Part shown: piece after piece, positions 13,101 through 25,108 of the stretch
Numbering within the stretch: position 1 is the stretch's first letter
Layout of the letters: the number at the start of each line of letters is the position of its first letter
From: Klebsormidium nitens
Taxonomy: Eukaryota > Plantae > Klebsormidiophyceae
Assembly (NCBI GenBank): GCA_000708835.1
Contig: DF237521.1
Span: forward strand, 1 to 57,470
DNA length: 57,470 nucleotides
Direction of reading: 5' to 3'
Position numbers and translations under genes: made by a program
Notes under the pieces: generated by a model
Databases searched by the model: none
Told to the model about the DNA's origin: nothing
The model's input: only the letters and a program-made list of their open reading frames with translations

Positions 13101-14617
13101 GGTCTTTTATCCTGCAACAAGAAACTGGCAGGATTCAAAAAGTGTGCCTTTCGACTTCATTAACATGAACGACTCTATATCCCAATTGTTGTCGCCTGCC
13201 TCTACTTTCTGTAAGTCCCCCCTGTCTTGCCCATAGGCAAGGGAGCACGTAATCAACAAGCTTGGGATTGAACAGGAGAATCTCCAATGACTGGTTGCTG
13301 TTACCTGGAGTGGTAGAGAACCCATGCGAGAGCAGAAGAAATTGCTGAAAGCTTCTGTCAAGCTGGATGCACTTCAGATGACAGCACAGTCCAGCTGTTG
13401 AACAGGATAGCTCGACAGAAGACACTGGTGCTGATAGAGGCAGTTCATTCCTTCCAATTTAGATTCATGGCCCGTTTTCTCCACTATATGAAGGCCTGTA
13501 ACTCTCAAATAAAAGGCTGGACGCACCTGTAAAGTCTATCCACCGCTGCCTTGTTCTCTAGGTCACACACGAAAGCATACCTGCAAGATAACAAGGGTGT
13601 AAGACGATATCAGACCAGAACTCCCATGTCTGGACATGCGGCGAAATGTTGCAAAGTCCAATTCACGTCCCAGCGCCTTTTTGAGGAACTGTGCAACTTC
13701 TTGCCTGAACCAAATGAGCGCAATCATAAAACCAATCAGGCAAACCCTTGCACATCAGTAGCAGGACCACTCAAGCAGTTGGCTGCAGCACCAGAAGTAG
13801 AATCACAGAAGTTGAAAGACCCTGCATGTTGCAGTTACACTCACTTTGCCATACACAACAGGCTGAAACTTACATCGTGTCTGTTGGTATAACCCCCACC
13901 CCTCCTCCTTTGATGGCGTCTGCAATCTGGTCCAGCTTCCAGCCATCAGATGCGTCCTGACTGACCTCCACATAGACACAGTCTTCCAACTGCAAGAAAG
14001 TGGAACACAATTTGACAAACCTTTTGCAGCCAAGTGATCAGAAACAGCAGTAATCGTGACTTAAGTGCCCATTGAATCCTCCTGCAGCATCTGAGCAGTT
14101 CACTTCTTTGAAGTTGCAACTTCAGTCTCGAACAGGGCAAGCACGCTCACATCTCAGTGTTCAGGGTGCTGATTCCTTGAAGCTCAAAACGACTTCCAAG
14201 GAAACCAGTGCTTTGTCCAAGATGCATCGGGGCACGCATTAAATCTCAATTCTCCAATTCAGCAGACTGTCCACAACACTTTGAAACTCAAGACGCTGCA
14301 AGCCTCACCTTCTCTCCCCCACCCGACCCAGCATACTTCAACCTCTTGGGATTGCGCTTGGTGACCGCCTCAATTCTGGCTGCTCTGCAAGGTCGCACAC
14401 GCTCCCTTGCATTCAGCCCCAGAAGCCCGTGAACTAGTAGAGCCAAACTCTTGGGAATTCCTAGAAAGTTGCCATGGTCGGGAAGCAGCCTCCCCTGACA
14501 ATGCTGACAGGGCGTCAGGCCAGGACTGAGGGCGCTTGCTTGGCGTCCGTCAGGTGAATGAAGGGGGGAGAGTGAGTGAAGAGGGAGCCGTTGCAGACAC
14601 CTCGCAGAGGCCGCCAT
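10103..14617 (-). CDS. YrdC/Sua5/YciO-family (threonylcarbamoyl-AMP synthase-like) protein with N-terminal transit-peptide-like region, ~9 exons
   Basis: Exons assemble as ...KRNPKRLKY | ...GVGVIPTDT | YAFVCDLENKAAVDRLYR | IKDLDPKK | PLSILCRNFADID...LPGP | YTFILKASKALPKQ...RKSVGVRMPADPICAALLERLDRPLLCTS | VRTKSEEEWMLDPVYIAD | GVDFVVDGGQRMATPSTVVDMTG..LLRQGK | GEVDEF...*. These match the plant YciO-like subgroup as I recall it. Confidence 0.88.
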
Positions 14618-15052
14618 GGTGCTGAATTCTCGGAAGAGGAACCAAAGCTCAAGCAGTTGACGCACCAAGGCCTTCCTTCCTTAGGCTTTAAGTTTGGTGG
14701 CTTCTTCAACTTCAAGTTCTTGAGATCTGCAACTTCCGCAAGCTCAGGACAGCATAGAATTAGGGTTTCAGATTCCAACTTTGCCTCAGCGTCAGATCCA
14801 CGTGGCAATCACGTGAAGGAAAAGATTTGTCAAGCAAACTCTCCTGAGGTCTGGTTTGTCGAATGCTGTCCCCGCTGGCACGTGACTCACTTCCATGTCA
14901 TTCGCGGGGAAAAGGCACCAATGGCAGCAGCGGCTCGCAAGCAGTGCTCGCATTGCACAATGCATTGCAAATTCGTGCAAGGGGGCACCAATGTCGACCT
15001 GCAAAAGCTTCTCATTCTGCAGCTGAAAAGAGAAGTCTGCAGGTAGCCTGCC
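14618..15052. promoter_or_regulatory. Short divergent intergenic region (yrdC-like / pta) with three G-boxes
   Basis: 435 bp separate the head-to-head start codons. CACGTG occurs at 14799-14804, 14810-14815 and 14879-14884. Confidence 0.55.
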
Positions 15053-18000
15053 ATGGCGGGCTTCCCCAGGCACGCAGTGACCGGCGTCTTGAGCTGGTTG
15101 ATGCGCCAGCACACAACCACAAAGCATGCAGAGTTTCGCTGCGCAGCCACACTGATCAGCGCGCATTGGGAATTGGAGCCTCTTAATCCACGCAGCTCAT
15201 ACTCCACATCAACAGCTTTCAACAGACCCGGGGTTTTGAGTGATGTGTTGTGCCGTCCTCAGAATGCATTTTGGAGGCATGCATCAGCAAATGCTGCAAG
15301 TGATCAGCGTCGGGGAATCCAGAGCGAGTGTCTGTACATCCACCACACTGGGGGGTATGGCCGGCACTCAGATGCGGTTCCCATTGGTTTTGCTTACGCT
15401 CTGGAGCGACACGAGCAAGACATTGGCTTCTTCAGGCCAATTGCGACATCGAAAAGTGCCCGGGGGGAGGTGATCAGCCGGGTGAGGAAGTTAGCAACCA
15501 CGGTTGTGCATGCTTTTGGAACCAATCTGGCTGGGCTGATTGCATGGAGCTCAGTGCAGCACATGCGGAAAGCTGGAATACCAGAGGGGAAGGGCAAACC
15601 AGACATAAGCATCAAGACTGCTGGAGATCGCATCAGGAGCCCCATCGCTGCCTAAGGGGTTGACATCCAAATTGCAGCTCCTAACCTTTTCACATCAAAG
15701 ATTTACAGCAGACTTGAGCTTTCCAATCAACTCTTAAAATGGTGGTTGAGAATTTGTTGAATCAGCAGTCTACATGTTCCCTCGGATTCTCCAGGAATTC
15801 GATCAGCCGATGCTATATGCATGCCAAAATGGTTCGTCAGAGGTTGCAGCGTGCACTAACCTCAGGTTGAAGGCACAACAAAGGCCCCTGTCCCAAGGGT
15901 GGTACACGTAGAGAAGTCCCCTTCTCACTTTTTCACTACAATCCTGTGGCCACAGGAGTTTGTGTCTCTGATTGTCGCTGCGACGAACTTGTATCAAGGG
16001 CTTACAAATTAGAATCAACCACATCCTGGGTCTAGAACAAACTGCAAGGTCACAGGAGTTACATTCTATGTATGCAGGTTTTGGAGCTCAAGGACGACAA
16101 CCCAGCAGACACAATTGCATTCCACCAGAGCGAAGCATTTGAGTACCTTGCCACAAACAGATCCGACGAGTTGCTTGAGAAGATACTGCAAGGTGAGCCC
16201 ATTCAAGCTATGACTGAACTGGTTCCAAGCTCTTCTTTTTCCTGACCAAACACTCTTCTCGCTCTTTCCGTGAGCGAGTTTCACGGAAAGGGACTTTTCA
16301 AGGTAAATGATCATCAAGGCAAGTGCCTTAAGTTTTGAAACTCAAATAGCAAACGCTATCGGTGCCCTGTAGACGATGCATTCAAATTCGTTCCAACCGC
16401 TGCAACGTAGCGGGTGGAATGTTGTACCCCTTACCTGCCTCTGTTGCAAGTTGTCCAAGTCAATTCTTTTGGAAGCCAAAGCCCGTTTTTCTAAGCCCTT
16501 TTCCATCCTGCAGCTTACGAGAAGTACAAGAGGCAACACAAGTTTGTACTGTGAGTGTCCTTCCCTACTCCTACAGTTTTGAATTTTCGCCGCGAACAAT
16601 CTTTACCAGAAAGCTTCTCATACGCACAAGCTTCGCCTGCTCGATGATGCAGACAAAGATATAACCCGGATTATTTGTCCACGTTTTCCATTGTCCGACC
16701 TGTAGAGTCGGTCTTGAACAATTCGGCGCTTCATTGTGAATTGCGCTGCCAGTCGGCAAATCCTTAATGCTGTTTTCAACAAGGTCAACTGCTCGTCAGG
16801 AATGACCTTGAGGTTATTCAACTGCTCCCCTCTTGCAAGTCACAGCGTTCGGCTTTCTATGGAAAGCATCTGATAGCTATTTCATGCAGCATCGAAGGCA
16901 CTTCTTTTGAGACAACCAGCTTCCTGTAAAAAGCATCCATTACATGATTCATGCAGCATCGAAGGCACATCTTTCGGGGAAGTCAACGAGCGCGTCGATG
17001 TGGACGCCCTCAATGCGCGCATCTGCTCCATGCTCGGCGCCCCTGCCATCTTTGCCATCAACTGTGCGCGCCTGACGACGCCCTCGGGCGAGTCCGGACC
17101 TGCGAAGCTAGCCCCCCGCCAAGTCCCAAATGTGGAAAAGGAGTTTCAGGAGCATCTGGTAAGGGCCTCCCTCAAGTTTCTAACCTGTTCCCCTTATGTA
17201 TCAATTCTTTCATGGTCTCGGAGGTTCTAGTTTATGATTGTAGGGGGACTGTGTGATGGCCAAGATTATGTTGCTTGTCTATCTCTTGTCGCTGCGAACT
17301 TGACTTGCGGGCTTGTAAGCACATGAGATGCCTTCAAAGACACTCATGCAGGGCACAGCTCGAAACCCCCGTGAAGATAAATGATCAGAGCCGACTCGCA
17401 AGCGCTTGTAGTCTTGTCAGTAGTAGCTGCAGTCGGAGAAACAGTAACAGCTGCAACCGGTTCTTTCCTTCTCAAACGTCCTAATATTTTGGCAAAGACC
17501 TCCTGATAAGCTGTGAAACTTTTTGATACTCTGTCCGGACGTTCTGTTATGTTGTCCAATATGTCCTGATCTGATTCTGCAGTGTCCAAATTATCGTCTG
17601 AGACGTCCAAACAATCCCATGTCTAAAAAAGCCGTCAGCTCGTCCTCACGCTGACAGTCGTGACTAGCTTCAACTCCAATTTGAAACTCCCTCCAACGCA
17701 TCCAATCCGCTGATGCCAGGTGGCGGCCAGTCGGTTGTCCCAGGCGGCCTTCGCCAAGGAGAACGTGGAAGTGGTCGCGGCGTTGGCCCATAGAGTGCCC
17801 GGGGATCTGGTGAACACACGGGTGCAAGGGGCGATGCGCCAACAACTAGGGGAGGCGGGGCTCCTGTACGCGGGCGCCATACCTGATGACGACTACATCA
17901 ACGCTGCGACGGTGAGGGGCCTTCATCGTTGTAAGGTTCTCGAAAAACGGGAAGGAAAGGCAGTGAAGATGAGTGTCCAAAGGGTGCTGGCGGGGTGTCG

Positions 18001-21000
18001 TACTGAGCTCAAGTCAAACGGGAGAGTGCTTGATCATCTCAGGGTAAGTTCGAATCTCCTCACGCAGACCGTCCATCTCGTCTGGTCTGCAGAATGTTTG
18101 TGATGGTTGAACGTAGTGGATCAAGGATCTTGCAGGGTTGCACGGGGCGACATCCAATCGAATTTGCTAGCATGCGCAGTCGGGGAATCTTCTGTTGTCG
18201 GCGTTGACGTGTGACGACCGTCAAAGGCTGACGTCACGCTGACCAAGGGCCGCTTCTTCCCAGGTGGTGGACGTGCAGAAGGCTCTCGACGCCAAGGACA
18301 TGTGACGTCTGTCGAGTGCTGACGTCACTCTGACCAAGAGACAGATCTTTTCAATTTTCAGGTGGTGGACGTGCAGCAGGCTCTCGGCGCCGAGATTCTG
18401 TACGGCGGCCAGTCGCCCCCCCAGATGAACACGGAGGTGACGCAATACGTGGTGGCCACGCTCAACCTCCAGGAGCTGCTGACGTACTTCCCCAAGCACC
18501 TGGAACCCACCAAGGTGCGTGGCTGGCCCAGGATTCCTTCATCGAATCCAAGAAAGATTATAACAAGCCAAAGATGATTTGAGGGTAACCGTTTTGGGAC
18601 GGGTGGCTTTAGTTTGGGGGGGCAGGGTGGCTGGAGGTGCGGAGCAGGTACTTTTTTCGGTTACGGTTCTAGTGTTAGTCGGAGCTCATTGTTATCTTGG
18701 CTTAGCGTTATTCTTTCAAAAAGTATCAAAAAGTCTTAGACCGCTCTTTGCGAATCTTTCGGGATACTCCTGGTGTCCAGTCCTAAGCAGACAGTTTCGT
18801 GGCGTCGCTGGAGTAAGATGCTGGCAGGATTGGACCGGTCAGAATCTGTTGGTGGTCCGACTGCGACCCCAAGCACCATCAGTCCCCATTTTTAAGTCAA
18901 CACTGCAATCAGCCTTACGTGCTACCTGGTCTTTCTCGCTTTCCCTACACAGAAGACGGACTTCGTCGCACAGAGCACAGTAAACCTCAATGTTGTTTCT
19001 CAGAACTTTGACACGTGGCAGCCCTGTAAAATCTTGAGTCCTAACACTTTCTCCGCAGGGCGCTGTCGTCATCACCAACGCGGGCCGGCCTGACGTCATC
19101 CTGGCGATGCAGGCGCTGCAGAAGACGGCGAAGCTGGCCAACTGCGCAGCGCTTGTCCTCACCGGCGGAGGAGAGTAAGTCGATGCCGATCGGTGAAATA
19201 AACAATAGGCTCAAAGTAAAGGACAACGGCAGTACTGAGACGGGCGGGGTTAGCGAGGGGGTTTGCGTGGGTTTGCGTGTGTAGCGCGTGAATTGTCGAT
19301 TCAGGTCTGTAATTAGCTTGAGGCCTCGTTTTTCATCGCCCTTCCCAGAAGTACAGTAAGTCGGCAACAAGCCGAGTGTCTTTTGAGTGTCCAGCGAAGT
19401 CCAGACGGTTATCATGCACGTGCGGGCCCAATTCAACCGGCCGTTCGAAACATTTCAAGAGTCGCTCAGAAGGTTTTTGTGGCAGGGGTCACAAGGACAC
19501 AGACGACTTATCTTTTGCGTCAAGAGGCTGGCTTATTTCTTTATTCATCACGAGCATCACTCACGTGCTTGGTCTCCGGGAACGATACTTTCAAAGACTT
19601 CCCCACCAAGCACCTGCACAACCGCAATCGTTTCTTACCTCGTCAACTAGGCGCCCTTTTCGGCGACCAGGCAGCCCTCTAACCGCGCCTCCCGGTCGCC
19701 GTCGCAGGCCCTCGAAGGAGATAGACCTGGTCCTGCGGTCCCACAAGCAGGAGGACTCGCTCCCTGTCCTGCTCGCGCGGCTGCCCACTTTCGATACCGC
19801 AGCAAAGCTGTACGGACTCGAGGGCAGAATCCTGCCGTCGTCGGATCGCAAGATCGAGCGAGCAAAGGTGGGGGCAGGGACGATTGTCGGGGGATCCCCC
19901 AGATGTCAGTCGTGGATCCAAGGTCGCCTTGGAAGGTCTGAACGAGCTTGTTCTAGGAATGCTTTTGGAGCAGCAGGCTGGATTTGTAAGCTTTGTGGTA
20001 ACTCCATAGATTTTTCCATTGTATCTGCTTGTTGATTGTGCGTCAATCTTGGTTCAGAGTCGTTCCAGCTCTTGCCCAAGTACTATGATTGTCATGGGCT
20101 TTGATCTAGGATTGTCGCGCGTCAAAATACCTGGAATAAAACCGGTCAACTCATAGGTTCAAAACGCACTGCCCCATACTCCGTAAAGCACTGCAAACCT
20201 GGGTTTTCGGATTAGGGTCTTAAAGTTCTAGGCGCTTAGGCTTTTAGGATTTAGAAAAACCGTCGCATCTACGGTATCTTCCGCGGTGCTCATCGCGTGG
20301 CTCTTTTGCAGCACCTCTTCGACTCCAACATCGACTTCGGCCCCGTCGTGAAGGCGCTGCTCAAGGACCAGCCCACGAAACTGAACCCCAAGCTCTTTGT
20401 CTACAATGTAAGCATCCGCGCTCGGTTCTCAACCGTGTCTCCTTCTTGACCGTTCCAAATGCACTCCGAAGCGTCCTTTCTTCCCACCAGAAGCAGCTGT
20501 GCGAACAGGCCCGAAACGCGGTCTCGATATCGGGCCCTCGAACGCAAGTTCTGCCGATGGTTTCGCGGATGATTTTGCGCAAACGGCTCGGCCCTCGACG
20601 GAAGTAAGATGATTACATGCCTTCACCTGGAGGACAGAGTCATTGAGAGATGAAGGCGGGAGTCTTTGAGATTGGAGAAAGTGTGGACCGCCTGTCATCA
20701 TTATTGCTCATTTCCAAATGTACGGGGCAAAGGTTAAGAACAGCCGTAACGTCGCTCTGTTTCAACGGCTGTCCTTGTGGCGTCACGTTGACGTCATCAA
20801 ATGTCTTCAAACACCGATGTGCAAAGCCGCACAGTACGGATCGTTGTAGGGTGCGGTTTGCGCTTCTTCGTAAGACATTGGGTGCGTTGCATGTGCCGCT
20901 TGGACCGGCGCACGCTTTCTATCTGCGAAGCAGTCAGATCAGCGAGACGGCATTAACACAACCGCTTTCCTTTGCAGCTGTACAAGAAGGCCGCCAAAGA

Positions 21001-24000
21001 TAAGCAACGCATCGTGCTTCCAGAGGTGCGTCTTGTTCCGCCGCCTTTGGTCTGGCTTTCCTCATTGCTTCAAAAATTGTCGGAATTGAATGAGTGCCTC
21101 AAACCTCAGGTCTTATCTGGTCATTCGTGTAGGGACTGCCAAATTACAACGAGTGCCCCAAAGCTTAGGTCATACTTCCTACTCGACAGCTAAGATGTTC
21201 GCAGATTAGATCTGACTCCATTGAGTGCAATTTTGTACTGGACCTTGAGTGCATCTCCGTGCTCAAAGATGCCATTCCGAGGTTTTGTTGTGATGGACGT
21301 CTAAGTCGACCTGCTCTCTAGCTCCTAGGCGCTCGAACGTTCAGCCAATCCAACCTTCCGTACGTCTGTAGATTCAGATGTCCAACACTGAGACTGACTC
21401 GATCCCGACGTGCGCACACCTTCTTGCCAAGCACAGCCGCACATTGATCCTCATGCAGGGCTCTGTCATTTCCATCAACGGGCAGAGCAGGATGCCGACG
21501 GCAATGTCATCAACAGAAAGATGCTGACGTCACGATCGGACCCTCGAAACTCAGGTCGCCTTTTTTCTGCAGGGCACCGAGCCGCGCATCATTCTGGCTG
21601 CCGCGGAAGCCCTCCGGCGCGGGCTGTGCCATCCGATTCTGCTGGGGCCGGAAGAGGAGATTCTGACGCAAGCGAAACAGTTGCGGGTGGACCTGAGCGA
21701 GGCGACGATCATCGATCCGGCAAGCTCGCCGGACCTGGAGAAGTACGTGGATCTGGTGGTGCAGCAAAGGAAGCACAAGGTAAGGAAGCTTAGAAGTTTT
21801 GGGTTTCCATTGTTTCAGGGGGTAGGGTTTAGCCAAGCAGCTACGGGTTGACTCGAGCGAAGCGACGATCATACACCGGGCTTCGTCGGTGCAGCAGAGG
21901 AAGCACAAGGCAAGGGAAAGCTGGCGTGGCGATAGACTCTGGGGTTAACAAAATGGTATTTGGAAATTCGACTCTGGTGTTGAAAGTCCGGGGCTACGAA
22001 TCTGGGGTAATACGAGACTAGGGTTATGATTCTGGGGTCCAGAATGCGGGTTTCGAATCAAACTCCACTCGCAATGGCTGGTCAGGCTCGCCGAGAGCAA
22101 ATACATTCTTCACGATGACACCGGAAAGCGAGGCAAACTGCTGACGCTGTCATGACGTCACCTGCAGGGGATGACGCCAGAGCAGGCGCATCAGCAGCTG
22201 ACGCAGGACGTGAACGTGTTCGGCACCGCCATGGTGAAGGCTGGTGACGCCAGCGGCATGGTCTCGGGGGCCATACACACCACGGCTAACACAGTGCGGC
22301 CGGCCCTGCAGATCATCAAGGTGAATGCGCGCAGACCTCTCGAGTCAGACTGCTCTCTTGCCAAACCTTTATGCAACCCTCGCCAGATGGATTCCGCATT
22401 CTCTGCTCCAGATGTTCATTCTGTGCCCCTCCTACCGCATTTGGATTTCGACTCTGTTTCACAAAACGCGGAGCCTGAATCTCCGATCAACCAAAGCGGC
22501 CCAAATGCAGTCTTTTCGGCATCCGGGCCCCTCTTTATCGTTCTTTGTCTTTCTCAAGCTCGCTTCCTGTGCCAACCATGCCCCCAGTCCTAACTAAGTA
22601 ATCAACACATCAGGTAATTCCTCGGACTGTTGCTTGACCCGTTCTTACCTCGGCCTGTAGGGATGGCTAACGAATCCTCGCCAATTGAGCACTCTCTCGT
22701 TTCAATTCCTTTGCCGGAATCCTAGAACGTTTCTGGTCTGGAATCCTAGCCTTACCTCCTGACTTCTGACGCGGCTCAGTTCGTTTCTGTAGCTGGCTGA
22801 CTTACTCGTACACCGCTTTCAGAAGGATGCACGAATCCTCGTTGTTTCCAGCGTCTTCCTCAAGCGCCTCCCCGACCAAAAGCCTTTCTCCGGATCCGTG
22901 GCTACTTCCGTACCTTCTTTTCCTGAGACCCTTTACCAAACCCTTGCGGACCCTCTTACCAAACCCTTTTCAGACGGACCCGAGGATCCTCGTCCTTTCC
23001 AGCGGCTTCTTTACGTGCCTGCCCGTGAAAGCTCAACTCGAAGTCGCGCTCTACAACTCAACCCGCCTATCCCTCTATTTATCCCTTAACCCCTCGCAAA
23101 CCTTCGTTTAACCCTAAGCTCGCTAAACCCTCTTTCAGATGGACCCTGGGATCCCCGTCGTTTCCAGCGTCCTCTTCATGTGCCCGATAAAGCCCAATAA
23201 AGCCCGAGAAAGCCCAATTGGAAGTCACTTCCGATATCTCATCCTGCCTAACCCTCTTTTCTTACCTTAACCCCTCGCAAACCTTCCTCCAACCCTGAGC
23301 TTGCATCTTCACCTTTCTTAAACCTCTTTCATCTAAACCTTTTTAAACCCTCTTTCAGATGGACCCAGGGATCCCCGTCGTTTCCAGCGTATTCTTCATG
23401 TGTCTCCCCGACAAAGTCCTGGTCTACGGCGATTGCGCCATCAACACAAACCCCAACGCCGACGAGCTTGCGTCGATCGCCATGGCTTCGGCGGACTCTG
23501 CAAAAGCGTTCGGATTGGAGCCACGTGTCGCCATGCTGTCGTACGCTACTGGCGACTCGAACCAAGGTGATGGGCGGTCTGTTTACACCGATTTTGTGGC
23601 TTTGGTTACCGATAACCTAAAACACGGTTACCAGCTTTTGCTAAAGCTCTGATGCGCTCGACCGCTGACAAGAAACCCGTTAACCGAGGTAAAACCTTCC
23701 CCTTGGATGCGAGCACGCCTGAAAGCAGTTTCCCAAGCGGAAGCCTCCTCTTCGCCTCAGACATTCGCCTCCGATTTTGCCTTGACGACGCAATTCCCCG
23801 CTTCTTCCCCTTGCCCATCCCCGACAGACGTCGAGATCGGAGCCGATGCCGCTCGAAAGCCTCCTCTTTGCTTCAGACATTAGCAGAAGCTGTCTTCGTG
23901 CCGCAACTCCTCACTTCTTCTTCTCTTTTCCGCCCCGGACACATCCCGAGACCGGAATCCGGTTCCGCTCGCTGGGCTCGCCATCCAGAAGGTCATCGAC

Positions 24001-25108
24001 GCCACCAGAATCGCCCAGCAGCAGCGGCCGGAGCTGGCTATCGAGGGCCCCCTTCAGTACGACGTGTTTCCTTTTCCGCCCCCGACAGATTCCGTTCCGC
24101 TCGCAGGTCCCGCCATCCAGAAGGTCATCGACGCCACACGGATAGCCCAGCAGCAGCGGCCGGAGCTGGCCATTGAGGGACCCCTTCAATACGATGCAGC
24201 GGTGAACCCTCAGACCGCGAAGACCAAGCTCAAGGGGCGGGCCAGCAAGGTGGCCGGGCAGGCGAATGTGCTCATCTTCCCGGATCTCAACACCGGGAAC
24301 AACACGTACAAGGCGGTTCAGCAGGTGGGAATGCACGTACCACTGGGGGATGAACTGGAGATACCGGTTATATATGTAAATTTTGGTTTGCGTTTATAGA
24401 ATATATCCGAAAGATGGTTATTCCTTCGCCTCTTGCGAGCGGCTGCAACGCAACTAAGCGCGGTCTTCCAGCACATGTGGAGGCCGGGCGTTCGGGTAAG
24501 TATGCCCAGAATGGAACGTAACAACTCAAAGCGGAACAAGCAAGCAGAAGGCAGAACGACTTGGACTGCTGCAGCGCCGGGTAGAGCAGTGACTAAGAGC
24601 TGAGAGATTGTAAAGCTGCTAGGTAGGTAGCGTCGCAACCGTCCAACCTGCACAGGGCAATACCAGTGCGGTATCTTACGCGTTTCCTTGGCCTCTCTCC
24701 AAAGATTACCAAGGTAATGGTAGATTTGTAGGGGCGGCGGCCGCATTAAGGCCTGCAAGATCGAGGTCTGTGACAAGCTATCTTGCCTGAGGCTTTCGTC
24801 TTTTAGAGACTTGTTCTGGACGACTCACCTTTTACACTCGCTTCTAAACAGGGTCTGACTTGGGGAGCGAAACCGACAGGATTCTGGTTTCGCTTTTATT
24901 CAGCTGTAGAATCCTGATCCTCAACTGCTTTCTTGGGATTTTGCAGTCGACGGGCGCTCTCGCGATCGGCCCCATGCTGCAGGGGCTCCGCAAGCCGGTG
25001 AATGACCTCAGCAGGGGCTGCACGGTTGCTGACGTCGTCACCACCATATGCCTCACTTCCATCCAAGCACAGGCGCGAGCGAGCGAATCGGGGCAAGCGC
25101 CTCAATAG
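15053..25108 (+). CDS. pta: Phosphate acetyltransferase, long type (N-terminal domain + DRTGG-like + PTA_PTB), with ~90-aa organellar presequence-like N-terminus; >=15 exons
   Basis: N-terminal LYIHHTGG...IGFFRPI; FVLIEGT...DALNARI; [15 protein letters not shown]; [14 protein letters not shown]; [15 protein letters not shown]; [34 protein letters not shown]; [22 protein letters not shown]; [11 protein letters not shown]; [11 protein letters not shown]; [20 protein letters not shown]; [19 protein letters not shown]. One or two small exons between 15480-16078 and 17120-17720 are not resolved. Confidence 0.95.
18229..18400 (+). repeat. 98-bp tandem duplication of a pta acceptor and exon start
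   Basis: ctgacgtcac.ctgaccaag...cag|gtggtggacgtgcag.aggctctcg occurs twice. The copy at 18264 reads [13 protein letters not shown]. The copy at 18362 is the real exon. Confidence 0.9.
18590..18700 (+). repeat. Dispersed intronic repeat family, copy 1
   Basis: Shares tgggacgggt...agggtgg...gcggagcag.t...gttag...gagct with 36010-36180 and 45105-45257. Confidence 0.6.
22790..23410 (+). repeat. Four-copy ladder of a pta acceptor and exon start
   Basis: ttcag|a.gga.cc..ggatcc.cgtc.tttccagcg-like copies begin at 22823, 22974, 23139 and 23359 (real exon). Similarity to the real exon increases toward it. Confidence 0.88.
23950..24200 (+). repeat. Duplicated 30-codon pta exon start with AG changed to TG at the acceptor
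   Basis: 23974-24063 aligns without gaps to the real exon start at 24107-24195. Confidence 0.92.

Noticed and set aside
20200-20260. Telomere-like ttaggg/tttagg motifs (also 21790-22050 and 46180-46250)
   Set aside because: Too short and degenerate to call an interstitial telomeric array.
22790-24200. CRISPR-like array interpretation of the repeated units in pta, the TPR gene and Treslin
   Set aside because: The units are degenerate copies of adjacent exon junctions, with no constant repeat/unique spacer pattern and no cas genes.
1306-25108. Bacterial contamination or a true ackA-pta operon
   Set aside because: Both genes are broken by many canonical GT-AG introns and interleaved with eukaryote-specific genes.
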